This document shows, in pieces, positions 24,033 to 36,233 of a stretch of DNA of 64,000 bases. The stretch lies in NCBI GenBank assembly GCA_051313645.2, contig JBNRSN020000031.1, forward strand, positions 13,826,001-13,890,000, in the 5' to 3' direction. Made by a program: the position numbers and the translations under genes. Position 1 is the stretch's first letter. Each line of letters opens with the position of its first letter. The DNA comes from Centroscyllium fabricii. Its lineage: Eukaryota. The notes beneath the pieces are model-generated. The model was not told where the DNA came from, searched no databases, and saw only the letters and a program-made list of their open reading frames with translations.

Positions 24033-24331
24033 TATCTGTCTACTTATACATTCTCCCTATTTTGTCTCAGCGCATCCATCACACACCAGCCATCGCATCT
24101 CAAAGTGTCATGTGTCTACCAAAAAAGAAAGACAGTCATTTCATGCTGGTTTCCTCTGACCAATTTAGAAAATAGAAAATAATATTTTATGCGATACAGT
24201 ATAGGAGTAATTTGAGACATGACGTGTGGTAAGTGTAGCGGGCTTGGGAGGAACAGAAGACTTTGGGCCTATGGTTCCTGAAGCTCTCCACCACTGGGGA
24301 TTTTCCTCACCTCATATTTGGGTCTGTTGTA

Positions 24332-24786
24332 AACATAGAAACACAGAAGATAGGAGCAGGAGTAGGCCATTCGGCCCCTCGAGCCTGCTCTGCCATTTAA
24401 TGAGATCATGGCTGATCATCCAAACTCAGTACCCTGTCCCTGCCTTCTCCCCATATCCCTTGATCCCTTTAGCTTTAAGATATATATTTAACTCCTTGAA
24501 TATAGTTAATGAATTGGCCTCCACTGCCTTCTGTGGTAGAGAATTCCACAGGTTCACCACTCTCTGGGTGAAGAACTTCCTCTTCATCTCAGTCCCCTTA
24601 TCCTTAGACTGTGACCCCTGATTCGGGATTCCCTCGCCACATCCTTCCTGCATCTAGTCTGTCTAGTCCTGTTAGAATTTTATAAGTTTCAATGAGATCC
24701 CCTCTCATTCTTCTGAACTCTTGCGAATATAAGCCCAATCAACCCAACCTCTCCTCATATGTCATTCCTGCCATCCCAGGTATCAG
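24332..24786 (-). repeat. CR1 LINE 3' fragment
   Basis: Homologous to 17570-18040 (FFTQRVVNLWNSLPQKAVEA). Confidence 0.8.
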
Positions 24787-24889
24787 GTAGACTAATTGAT
24801 AAGAGATTGATTGTTATGATTAGTCAACAACCCCATTATTGTTGTATCGTGCAAGATAGCTTTATTCTAGAACGTGGGGGGAGGGGCGA

Positions 24890-25931
24890 AGAAGATTAAC
24901 GGGTTCTTCTGCTCAAACAGCTGCTGGTGGGTATAGCTGGATTTTACACCCACAACCAGGGCGTCGCGGACCAGCGCATCCACGTGGGCCTGGGCCGTAA
25001 TGGCCTGGCAGTTGCAGGCCCGCACGAGCGCCTGCAGTTCTGCGACAAAGTCCACAATAGACTCACCAGCCTGCTGCTTGCGGCCCAGTAGTAGGTGCTT
25101 CGCGTAGATCTCATTCGTCGGGGCCGCAAATTGGTCCTTGAGGATCTTCAGGGCGCTAGCGTAAGTCGTTTCGCTCTCGATTAGTGAGTAGATGTCTGGG
25201 CTCTCACAAGGGGTAGTAGCACCGCCAATTTCTGCTCTTCTGTGGTGACGGTCGTCCTGGAGGTGGCTAAGAAAAGTTCAAACACCCTGAGCCAGTGGGT
25301 GAATCTCCGAGGGGTGCCCGGTGCCTGTGGCTGCAACTCCAGGCAAGCAGGTCACGATATTTTGTCCACTGCCAAAAATGTCGGTAATAAAATTGATGCA
25401 CGATCAATTATACTCGAGACGAGGTTAAGAATATAACTGAGGCTTTTATTACCAAAGAACTGGAGTACAGGTCTTGTTACTGTGGTAAACCACTGTTTCC
25501 TTGTATATACCCACCCCGTTATGTATCTCTGTAATCGTACCTATATTCATGTTGTACATAACCTGTTGTGCGATTACCTGGACATGCCCATGCTGGCTCC
25601 GCCCGCGACTCCTCCCTCCCAGGAGGAGGTATATAAGCGGCTGTCTCCCATCCCCCAGCCATTCCTGGGGACGGTCAACTAGCTGGTGCATGTCCACCAT
25701 TTAGCGAATAAAAGCCGTATTGTTTCACCCTTCTAACTACTCGTCCACGAGGTCGTTATTTCGGTCACAGTTACTAACCGGTCCTGGAATGCTACGCGGT
25801 CAGCAGTGCTGCCACCTTTATATGGCAGCCTGTGGGTGGAGCCAGGAGGCGGAGCCGGCTGAGTCATCCCAGGTAGCTCTCAGGTAGGCAAGAGGTAACT
25901 TATACCACACAGAGCAACTATATACAGTACA
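24890..25931 (-). mobile_element. Truncated Gypsy element: 5' LTR (25394 to ~25931) plus degenerate gag
   Basis: The gag peptide LQALVRACNCQA...LVRDALVVG is homologous to the gags at 28110 and 41240. The LTR 3' end CATCA is followed by ATTTTATTACC. The distal LTR boundary is approximate. Confidence 0.75.
25481..25769 (+). mobile_element. Solo LTR nested in another LTR
   Basis: TGTGG...TCACA termini, TSD GTTAC (25476-25480, 25770-25774), TATA and AATAAA. Confidence 0.85.
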
Positions 25932-26371
25932 GGAGGTTATGTAATGAAACCGCCAGGATTACATCCAACCAGAGTTGGCAACCCTAGCTGAAGTGCGAAA
26001 TCGTAACGTTTATCCCGTGACTTCTGTGTATGGATGTTTTGATTGGGGACAGTCCTGAATGGACACTTGCGCTAATAATCCCTGTGTGCTATTTAAACAT
26101 AGTCATTAACCTGTTTATTGGCGCCTGTGCTGCAAAACAAAAATCCTCAGTGTATCATAAAACTATTCCCTCCCACCTGGAATAAAAAGAGACATCTTGC
26201 AGTCAGACCAGTGCCATCACTCTTCATACTCACACTTCCTCCACCTACTGCTTGGCACCACGTTGCTGCCCTTTCACCAGCTTTCTTCTTGACTGTCAGT
26301 CACAAGCCTTTTTAACTAGTCTCCAATATTTTTATAACTTAATAAATGAAAGCGTTCCAACCAATTCGGAA

Positions 26372-26686
26372 GGCAAATGGTATGTTAGCCTTTATTGCAA
26401 GGGGTTGAAGTATAAGGGTAAGGAGGTCTTGCTGCAATTATATTGGGCTTTGGTGAGACCACACCTGGAGTACTGTGTACAGTTTTGGTTTCCTTACGTA
26501 AGCAAGGATATACTTGTTTTAGAGGGTTTGTAAGGATGTTTCACTAGATTAATTCCTGGGGTGAGAGGGCTGTCCTATGAGGAGAGATTGAGTAGAATAG
26601 GCCTATATTCTCTGGAGTTTAGATGAATGAGAGGTGTTCTCATTGAGCTGTATAAAATTCTTAGCGGGCTTGACAGGGTAGATGCT
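26372..26686 (+). repeat. CR1 RT C-terminal fragment
   Basis: Peptide [25 protein letters not shown]. Confidence 0.75.
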
Positions 26687-28109
26687 GGCCAGAATTTTCC
26701 CTCTGCCGGGCATGCGGGTTTGGAGGCAGGCTGGCAGTAAAAATTGCAGAAATTGTGAGCGCGTTGGGAGCCCGCCGCCATCCCGACTCCTCGCACCTTT
26801 AACTCGGGCGCGTTTGCCAGCAAGCCACGGACGCAAATGGCAGAGGCGGGCGACCTAATTAAGCTCATTAAATCCTCGTTGTGAGACCCTTAACAGGGAT
26901 TTTAACCAAACCTTTTGGGGGGAATTTTCTTAAAGGTGTGGGAAACTGGTGCGTTTTGGGTGGATCAGAGGTTTCTGTCCGGAATGTCTAAGGGCCTGGG
27001 AGCCCCACGCAATTTTGGCTCAATTGGCCAATTAATTGCCTGTGTGTGGGGAGCCCCTGCCAATTGAACGATTCCAGTCAGAAAGCAGCGGGCTGCAGAT
27101 GAGAGCCGGAGGTTTGATTGACACTTCTAAGGACTGTGTGTTGTTAGTTTCTATGGAAACAGTCCATTGTGACATCACAATGGAGTGCAACCAACCTCAA
27201 AGCCCAAGTGGGTTGAGTGACAGGTCTAAGGGCTCGCTGGAAAGCTTTCACAGTCAGGGGCCGTCTCTCTATGAAGCATTTCAGCATGTGCTGTTTCATG
27301 GAAAGGATGGTCACCTGTATGGAGCAGCTAATGCGCCACTCACATGAGCACATGCTAGCTACGGAGAACAGATGGCAGAGGCTCATAGACCTCCTCTCTA
27401 GGACAGACCTAAATGTAGATCTGGGTCCTTATGGCCCCACTGCTGTGCAGCGAGGTGCTCTCCAGCTCCTTGCTAGCAGGGGACTGTGGTTGGCCTATGG
27501 GAGGGATGATGGTGAGAGGGGACTTGGAAGTGGGGGCTCCTCGCAAAGTGCTCCCACTTCTCCTGCATTACCTTCCCCTCAGTCAGAGCCCCAGATGCTT
27601 CCTCGGATCCCAATGGCTGAGTCTGCCCCTGCACAGTCTAGGAGGAGCAGTCTTCCGCGGGGCCCTCAAAGGCACCAAAACCCAGAGGAAGTCCGCCAAA
27701 GGTGTCTACGCAGTTGCAGCAGGGAAGTGAGCAGCCTGCCTCTATCTCTGGTGAAGCCACAAGGGTTGCACCTTGTAGAAGCACGCATAAAAGAAAAAAT
27801 CCTAATTGCACAAGGGTATGCACATAGGTGTATTGTGATGAACCATTTGGTGTGGTTCACACTGTGCTGTTATTGTATATAGTTTGTGTCAATAAATCTG
27901 TACCTTTCTGTAAGGACCTGGACCTGGACCGGCTGACCCCGCCTCTGAGTATGGGTATAAAGGAGAATGCTCCGCCCACCCGGCTCTCATTCTGGGCGGA
28001 CTCATCGCAGACCAGGTTCAGTTCTTTGTGAATAAAAGCCTTCAATTACTTTTCACCAACGACTGGCGTTATTGATTTGCTCATCAATTTTATTCACAAA
28101 GTTACAAGA

Positions 28110-29591
28110 ATGCAGAATGATGATCAACAACAGAGCCACCAGCCAGCAGCATACCAGCTAACACCTTCAGAAAGCTGGAAAACTATCCTTAAACCGAAAA
28201 CTCTCGACCTCAACTCCCAGGCACCGAACGCATTGAACGATTTTGAGCACTGGCTGAGCTGTTTCGAATGGTTCCTGGTAGTGGCCAAAGTCAGCGATGC
28301 GCACAGGAGACAAGTCCTGGTCTCCTGCGTGAGTGGCAGGGTATATTCTATTATTAAGAATGCCACTGACTACGATGCAGCGTTGGAGCTGCTGAGGGCT
28401 CGGTACCTCCAGCCAGTCAACGCCGTCTACATTCACCATCTACTCGCCACACGGAGTCAACAGCATGGTGAGTCGAATGAAGCGTTTCTGGAGGTTCTTC
28501 AAGCTCTCGCTCTGCGCTGCGGATGTGCCCCTGTTAATGCCCAGGAGCACATGGACCTCCTCGTCCGCGATGCCTACGTGGCAGGAATCAGATCGGCCCC
28601 AGCTCGCACCCACCTGCTCGAGCAGGATAATTTGTCCCTGAATCAGGTGGTGAAGCTCTCTAACGCGGTGGATGGGGCCCTCCGAAGCCTGGATTCGTAC
28701 ACGGGGCACGGCTCCCACACGGTTTCCCCTGGGCCTTGGGACTCGCGTTCGACGCCCTCGACGGCGACCGTGGCGGCCACGGCGCCATCTGGACAGCCAG
28801 CGCCTCTGAAATGCTATTTTTGTGGCTAGAAACGCCATCCACGAAGCTCCTGCCCAGCAAAGTCGTCACCCTGCTCCAAATGTGGCAAGAAGGGCCACTT
28901 TGCGAAGGTCTGCCGATCGGCCTCGGAATCTGCAAGCAAAACGGCAGCAGCCTGCGATGTCCACGCCACAGAGTGGGCTCAGGTACCTGGCGCCCCCCAA
29001 CAGTGGCCCCCAGAACAATTCCTACTTACCTTGCCTCGGGTGCGGCCTGCCAGCGTCGTTTCCCGTGCTCCGCCATCGTTGGAGGCGCGGGCGTCTTTTC
29101 CCTCCGTCGGATCCCGCGCTGTATCGCCATATTTGGGGGCGCGCCCTTCTTCTTCGTTGGAGCGGCGCGAAACGCGGGCGCCGTCGGGCCTCCGGGCAGC
29201 AGAGGCCCCGCCCCATCACGTGACGCCACCATCTTCGTGCAGGACGGCAGCAGCGGAACCGCCCCATCACGTGACACCGCCATCTTCGTGCAGGACGGCC
29301 TGCATCCCAGCAACAGAGGCCCCGCCCCATCACGTGATGATGCCATCTTCCTGTGTCACGGCTGCAGCGGCCACGCCCCATCATGTGACGCCGCCATCTT
29401 TGTATAGGACAACCCGCATTCCGACTGCAGCGGGCCCGCCCCGTCACGTGACGCCGCCATCTTGGTGTAGGAACAATTTAAAAGAACAGGCTCCTGCAGT
29501 AACAGGCAACTTCACAGCAACCACTACGATTCTGGCAGCAGCAAAAGACCACTCCAGACCAATTCAGCATTCGGGCGCACGACTCACCTGA
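28110..29591 (+). pseudogene. gag: Gypsy gag (stop and frameshift disrupted) with Zn knuckles and Pro-rich tandem repeats
   Basis: LKPKTLDLN...FEHWL...LVRDAYVAG...CYFCG* followed by a CSKCGKKGHFAKVC-type knuckle. 51-60 bp repeats at 29200-29470. Confidence 0.85.
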
Positions 29592-29729
29592 CAGTCCGAA
29601 ACCCCACCGCGGCCCACCGCGTGTGAATCACGGGTGCCGCCATCACCCGCGGACCCAGCCTTGCACAAGGGCCCCAGCGCGCACACCACACTTGCCTCTA
29701 CGGCCCCGAACCCGTCTCTTATTTTATCA

Positions 29730-32700
29730 ATGATGCCAATCCGGGTGGAGGGGCACCTCACCCGCTGTCTGTTCGACACTGGGAGTACGGAGAGCTTCAT
29801 ACACCCTGATACAGTGAGCCGTTATTCCCTCAGGGTTAGGCCTGCACATCGTAAAATCTCCCTCGCCTCCGAGTCCCAGACTGTGGACGTCATCGGCTGC
29901 TGTACAGTCACCATTACTGTGAAGGGGACGACATACCACAACTTTCCACTGTACGTCCTCCCACAGCTCTGCGCCCCTGTGTTGCTTGGCCTGGATTTCC
30001 AGCGCCACCTGCAGAGCTTGACGATGGCGTACGGCGGTCCCCTGCCTCCTCTCATGGTGTGGAGGTGCCGGTGTTGGACTGGGGTGGACAAATGCAAAAA
30101 GTCACACAACACCAGGTTTATAGTCCAACGTTTTATTTTAAATCACAAGCTTTCGGAGCGCTGCTCCTTCCTCAGGTGACACCTGAGGAAGGAGCAGCGC
30201 TCCGAAAGCTTGTGATTTAAAATAAAACGTTGGACTATAAACCTGGTGTTGTGTGACTTTTTGCATTTGTCCTCTCATGGTCAGCAGCCGTGACTGCCCT
30301 GCCTCACAACCACACTCTTCTTGCGGTCTGTCTACCTTGAAGATATACTCCCCCTCGCTGTTCGCCAACCTTGACCCTGACTGCAAGTCCATTGCAACCA
30401 AGAGTCGGCGATACAGCGCGCGGGACCGCACCTTTATTAAGGCAGAGGTTGCTCGGTTGTTGCGGGAGGGCATCATTGAGGCCAGTAACAGCCCATGGCG
30501 GGCCCAGGTGGTCGTGGTTAAGTCGGGCGACAAACAGTGCATGGTCATTGACTATAGTCAGGCCATTAACCGCTACACTGGGCTCGACGCTTACCCGCTT
30601 TCTAGGATCAATGACATGGTCAATCAGATTGCCCAGTATAAGGTCTTCTCCACCATCAACCTTAAGTCGGCCTATCACCAGCTCCCCATCAGAGCTGAGG
30701 ACCATAAATACACTGCCTTCGAGGCAAATGAGCGCCTTTTTCACTTCCTCCGGGTCCCCTTTGGGGTTACCAACGGAGTTTCGGTCTTCCAACGGGAGTT
30801 GGATTGAATGGTTGACCAGTACCATTTGCAGGCCACATTCCCGTATTTGGACAATGTCACGATCTGCGGCCATGATCAGCAAGATCATGATGCCAATTTG
30901 GACAGGTTTCTCCATACGGGCCAGCGTCTGAACCTCACTTACAATGAGGATAAGTGCATTTTCAACACTAACCGGTTGGCTATCCTCGGCTACGTAATTG
31001 AGAACGGGGTCCTCGGCCCTGATCCCAAACGTATGCGCCCCCTTCAGGAGCTGCCCCTGCCGCACTCCCCCAAATCTTTGAGGAGATGCCTGGGTTTTTT
31101 CTCGTATTATGCACAATGGGTTCCCCATTATGCTGATAAGGCCCGGCCTCTCCTCAGAGCTACCTCCTTCCCGCTCCCGTTAGAGGCCCAAATTGCATTT
31201 TCGCATATCAAGCAAGACATCATCAAGGCAACCATGCACGCCATTGATGAGTCTCTTCCCTTCCAGGTTGAAAGCGACGCCTCCGACTTCGCCCTGGCCG
31301 CCACCCTTAACCAGGCAGGCAGGCCCGTCGCTTTCTTCTCCCGTACCCTACAGGGCCCTGAAGTCCGCCACTCTTCAGTGGAAAAAGAGGCCCAAGCAAT
31401 CGTGGAAGCAGTGCACCACTGGCGCCACTATTTGGCCGGTAAACGTTTTACCCTTCTTACTGACCAGCGGTCAGTAGCATTTATGTTCCACCATAAACAG
31501 AGGGGTAAGATCAAGAATGACAAGATCCTCAGGTGGCGGATCGAACTCTCCGCCTTTGAGTACGACATTCTGTACCGGCCAGGGAAGCTTAACGATCCCC
31601 CGGACGCCCTGTCCCGAGGATCGTGTGCCAGCGCCCAGTCGGGTAGTCTGAACACCCTCCACGCTAATCTCTGCCACCCGGGGGTCACCAGGCTCGCTCA
31701 CTTCGTCAAATCACGCAATCTCCCTTATTCCATTGCGGAGATCAAGGCGATGACGCAGGAGTGCCCTGTCTGTGCTGAGTGCAAGCCCCAGTTTTACAGG
31801 CCTGACAGGGCGCACCTCATCAAGGCCACCCGCCCATTCGAGCGCCTGAGTGTGGACTTCAAAGGTCCCCTCCCCTCTACCAACCGTAACTCGTACATTC
31901 TCACTGTGGTCGACGAGTTCTCCCGTTTCCCTTTTGCATTCCCATGCCCAGATATGACGAGTGCAACAGTGATAAAGCGTCTTATCACGCTATTCGCCAT
32001 TTTCGGCCTTCCCGACTTCATACACAGCGACCGGGGGTCCTCATTTATGAGTGATGAACTGCGTCATTTTCTGCCCGTGAGGGGTGTTGCCTCGCGCAGA
32101 ACGACCAGTTACAACCCCCGGGGGAACGGTCAGGTAGAACGTTATAATGGGACCATCTGGAAGGCCATCACCCTGGCCCTTCGATCCAAATGCCTTCCAA
32201 CCTCCCACTGGCAGGAGGTCCTCCAGGATGCGCTCCATGCTACCCGTTCCCTCTTGTGTACAGCCACCGGTTGCACGCCTCACGAGAAACTCTTCTCTTT
32301 CCCCAGGAAATTGACTTCGGGGACGTCTCTGCCGAAGTGGCTTACCAACCCGGGGCCGGTTCTGCTTAGGAGGCATGTCCGTGGACACAAGACGGACCCT
32401 CTTGTTGAACGTGTACGCCTGCTGCATGCCAACCCTCAGTATGCTTACGTGGAGTACCCAGACGGGTGTGAGGATACCGTCTCGATTAGAGACCTTGCGC
32501 CCGCTGGAGACGTTCACTTACAGTCGTTGGCAGAGCCCTTGCCCTCCCAGGTCACTTTTTCGCAACAGGGGCCGTCTTCTCGTTCACCTGCGCACACTAC
32601 ATCGGGGCCCTCATCACCCACAATGCACGACGGAGCTCATCACGTTGCTCAGCCTACCCTTCCGGCGGCTGCTACACCTCCACCAGATCTTCCTGCGCCT

Positions 32701-32859
32701 GAGGTACCTCTTCCACCGGTGGAGTCCCTGTTCAGGTCGGAAGCTCCGTCGGCGCCTTTTCCGATTGAAACTGCTCCCGCCTATTCGCGAGAGCCGCCAC
32801 TGCCTCGCAGGCCTGTTCGGACTGTTCGACCTCCTCAAAGACTGATAACACAGTGCTGA
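29730..32859 (+). pseudogene. pol: Gypsy pol (protease-RT-RNase H-integrase) with a PLE insertion and one stop
   Basis: PR LFDTGS. RT SPW, LKSAYHQ, PFG, YLDN. RH SDASD, EKEAQAI, TDQRS, DALSR. IN H...H...CPVC, VDFKGP, HSDRG, GNGQVER. Stop at 30805-30807 and insertion at 30059-30269. Confidence 0.92.
30059..30269. mobile_element. Penelope-like inverted pLTR insertion carrying minimal hammerhead ribozyme motifs
   Basis: Perfect ~93-bp inverted arms spanning 30086-30272. Motif CAC-CTGAGGA-A-GGAGC-AGC-GCTCC-GAAA-GCTT-GTG. 12-bp duplication TCCTCTCATGGT (30047-30058, 30270-30281). Homologous to the PLE end at 36107-36233. Confidence 0.8.
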
Positions 32860-33355
32860 TATTCGCCCCACGGGACTTGTTTTTGAGGAAGGGGTGAATA
32901 TGATGAATCATTTGGTGTGGTTCACACTGTGCTATTATTGTATATAATTTATGTTAATAAATCTCTACCTTTCTGTAAGGACCTGGACCTGGACCGGCTG
33001 ACCCCGCCTCTGAGTATGGGTATAAAGGAGAATGCTCCGCCCACCTGGCTCTCATTCCGGGCGGACTCATCGCAGACCAGGTTCAGTTCTTTGTGAATAA
33101 AAGCCTTCAATTACTTTTCACCAACGACTGGCGTGATTGATTTGCGCATCAGGTATAAAGAAGTGTTATTGTTAAGGTTCCGTTACTGTTATCACACATA
33201 TAAAAGTATTTATATTCACCTCTTTCTGATCATGCCCATTTTTGTCTGCTACTTTGGAAGTGTCTTTGTGAGTTGGAGTGAATGGTGAGACATAATGCAA
33301 CCTCCAGCAATGGGGGTCAGTGTGAGAGGAATGGCTTGGTCATTGTTGGGATGTT

Positions 33356-34140
33356 TTATGGTGTTGTGGCAGGAGGGGGAACTTGGCACAGCATGTGGCA
33401 GCCATATGGGTGCAATGCAGGAAGCCAAGTAAATCTGGCCATGATGAGGCCAACCCTGGTCTTCCAGGCAGCAATGTGCTCCGGTGCTGCTGCCATTTCA
33501 TCCTCAGGTTCCTCCTGCTCCTCCATCTTGTCTTCCAGCTGATTCTCCTTCTCCTCCTTTGAAGAGGCTGTGCTCTTTGCGCCTTGCTCCTCATACAGCT
33601 CCAATCCTCGCTGCCTCACTATGTTGTGTAGCTCACAGCAGACAACGATGATTCTGGAAACCCTGGCTGGTGCATATTGAAGGGCTCCTCCAGATCTGTC
33701 AAGGCATCTGAAGCGCATCTTCAGCATCCCTATTGTTTGCTCTACGACACATCTGGTGGACATGTGGGTCTCATTATTATGCTCCTCAGCCTCATTGCTT
33801 GGCCTCCTCAAGGGTGTCATGAGCCACAACTTTAGTGGATAGCCCTTGGCTCCAAGCAGTTGTGTTTGAAGAAGTGAAGAGCTGAGGGAGGGTGGAGTGG
33901 CGCAGGATGAAAAAGCCATGACAGCTGTCAGGGAATTTGGTGCCCACATGCATGATGGTCTTCCCAAGATTGCAGACCAGCTGCACATTGGGGGAGTGGA
34001 AGCCCTTGAAGTTGACAAAGACTCCTGGGTGATGATGGGTATCCTGATGGCCACATGTGTGCAGTCGATGATGCCCTGCACCCATGGGAAGCCAGCCAGA
34101 GCGGTAAAGCCAAGCACACACTCACCAACACTGGCTTCAT
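33356..34140 (-). pseudogene. Degenerate Harbinger (HARBI1-like) DDE transposase
   Basis: Motifs [29 protein letters not shown] (shifted frame), [45 protein letters not shown], followed by an acidic tail. Confidence 0.88.
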
Positions 34141-34429
34141 CAGTGAGAAAGAACCGACATACAACGAACAGTATGCTTACCTTCAGCGACTGGTGCACAA
34201 GGACACCCGGGTCTCATTGCACTTCCCCTTCTCCCAATCTGTTGTCATTCAGATAGCATTACCTGTTCTTAATATAACATTTCTAAATCATCTTTTTACG
34301 ATCCCACAGGTCCATCTAGAACCCCCCCCCCCTTCCCCCCGCCAACTGTCCAGCTGGAGGAGGAAGGCGCCTCCTCAGAGGAGCCTCCAGCCTCTCCGGG
34401 TGCACCTGAAGGGATAATTACTAGTCCTA

Positions 34430-35000
34430 GCCCTTTTCGGGTTACCCCGGATCAGGCGTATTCTTCAGACGTTCACTTTCAACTGAAGTTTGAGGTAGCC
34501 GAATCCTAAAGATGCTTAATTGGGTCTAAAGTTCCGGGCTACCTCTTCCTAAAGGAAAGGAACAACCTGAAGATGTTACTGTTCTCCAGATAGCACTTTT
34601 AATAAGTTTAGCTAGATTGTAATGTTCCGGATATTATGAGGGTCCAGAAAACTCCCTCAGAATCCTGCAACTCCTCACAAAGTGCATACAGAAATTGAGT
34701 TTGCGAGTTTGATACAGAAGTATTATGTGAGACAATTCTAAAAATATATAGATTTATTAAAGAACCGACACATAATTACAGTAGGTGTTTCAATCGCAAC
34801 ATTAACAGTTCCAAAACAAAGTAAGCTTACAATTCTTATTATCAGATCTTAACTTCTCTACAGTTTTACAGTTCTTAGTCTTATTCCAGAATATCCACCA
34901 AAATCAAATACAGTACCGTTGATCCCCAAGATACAAAGAGGTGTAGACTTACAGAGCCTGCCTCTGAAGCTGAGAATCGCTTTGCCCATTTACAGCGAGA
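34430..35000. repeat. Unclassified interspersed repeat (other copies at 58180-59250 and inverted at 60375-60560)
   Basis: Shared blocks such as TTCACTTTCAACT.AAGT.TGAGGTAGCCGAATCCTAAAGATG and TTTAATAAGTTTAGCTAGA. Confidence 0.65.
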
Positions 35001-35295
35001 CTATTATCCCATTTGAAAGTTCAATATCTATATCCTTTTTCAGCAGTATTTCTTTTGATGTTTTCTGCTGATGTAAGCTAATTATCTCAAGTCATTTTTC
35101 TTCTGATCCCTGCTATTCTTACAGTCAGTTCAGCTGGTAGCATTAAGAATCGTGTCTCTACTCTAGGTGTTCAGCGCATATCATAAAAAATGGTGTACCA
35201 GCAGGTGCATTTCACTTGATGTCATTTTTACAAAGGCATATGTTTCTGCTTCTTTTATGTGCCTGTTTACGAAGTGTACTTTAGAACACCTTAAC

Positions 35296-35673
35296 CACAG
35301 AAACACAGAAACACAGAAGATAGGAGCAGAAGTAGGCCATTCGGCCCTTCGAGCCTGCTCCGCCATTTTTGATGAGATCATGGCTGATCATCCAAACCCA
35401 GCACCCCCCTCCTACCCTCTCTCCATATCCCCCGACACCCCCATCTCTAAGAACTATATCTCACACACATACTCATGGGCAATTTTTAGTGTCTCCAATT
35501 CACCTGACCTGCATGTCTTTGGGTGGTGGGAGGAAACCAAATTACCCAGAGGAAACCCACACGAACACGGAGAGAACATGCAAACTCCACGCAGAGAGGT
35601 CCCGGGCCAAGCAGGATTCGAACCCAGGAGCTCCTTATTGTGAGGCAGCAGTGCTAACCACTGCGCCACCGTG
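35296..35673 (-). mobile_element. Variant tRNA-derived V-SINE
   Basis: Minus strand shows A-box TGGCGCAGTGG, B-box GGTTCGAATCC, a V-domain and a CR1 tail. Confidence 0.8.
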
Positions 35674-35675
35674 TC

Positions 35676-36233
35676 GTCCAACCAGGATGTACCATTGTCT
35701 GCCCCCAACACAAAATCATTGAGAAGAGGCTGATAGCCAAGTTCCGCACCCATGAGCATGACCTCAACCATGATATTGGCTTCATGTCGCGCTACATGTG
35801 ACCCCGCCTGACGTAGAGTCATCCAGACTCGAGTCATCTTTGGTTTGTTCTTACTACGCTGATGCGGCTGCGATTTCCAGTAAGAAAAATCCTTTTTTTT
35901 TTAAATCATTCTGTGGGTTTTCACACAGACACCAGACTGTAACATCTGACCCTTTGTGACTGCACCTCATTTATCTCAGGCTGACTGATATGTTAGAGCA
36001 CCTTTGATTGCTTTGATGTCCCTCTGCTGAGGTGTGATGTTGAACAGTTGGAGAGACTACATTGTTCTCTCCCTCTATATATATGCTGTGTTTAAATGAA
36101 TCTCTTCACTTCACCTGATGAAGGAGCTGCACACCGAAAGCTTGTGATTTCAATTAATACTGTTGGACTATAACCTGGTGTTGTGTGACTTCTTACAATT
36201 GTCCACCCCAGTCCAACACCGGCACCTCCACAT
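35676..36233 (+). mobile_element. Penelope-like element 3' end (GIY-YIG C-terminus plus pLTR with hammerhead motif)
   Basis: Peptide EKRLIAKFRTHEHDLNHDIGFMSRYM*. Motif TCAC-CTGATGA-AGGAGCTGCACACC-GAAA-GCTT-GTGA at 36111-36147. Confidence 0.75.

Larger units (their letters stand above)
27834..33151 (+). mobile_element. Full-length Ty3/Gypsy LTR retrotransposon (element A), disrupted
   Basis: 253-bp LTRs at 27834-28086 and 32899-33151. PPT GAGGAAGGGGTGAA. 5-bp TSD TGTAT/GGTAT with 1 mismatch. Domain order gag, PR, RT, RH, IN. Confidence 0.95.

Noticed and set aside
33356-34198. Domesticated HARBI1 host gene
   Set aside because: It is frameshifted and degenerate in the catalytic region, consistent with a dead transposon copy.
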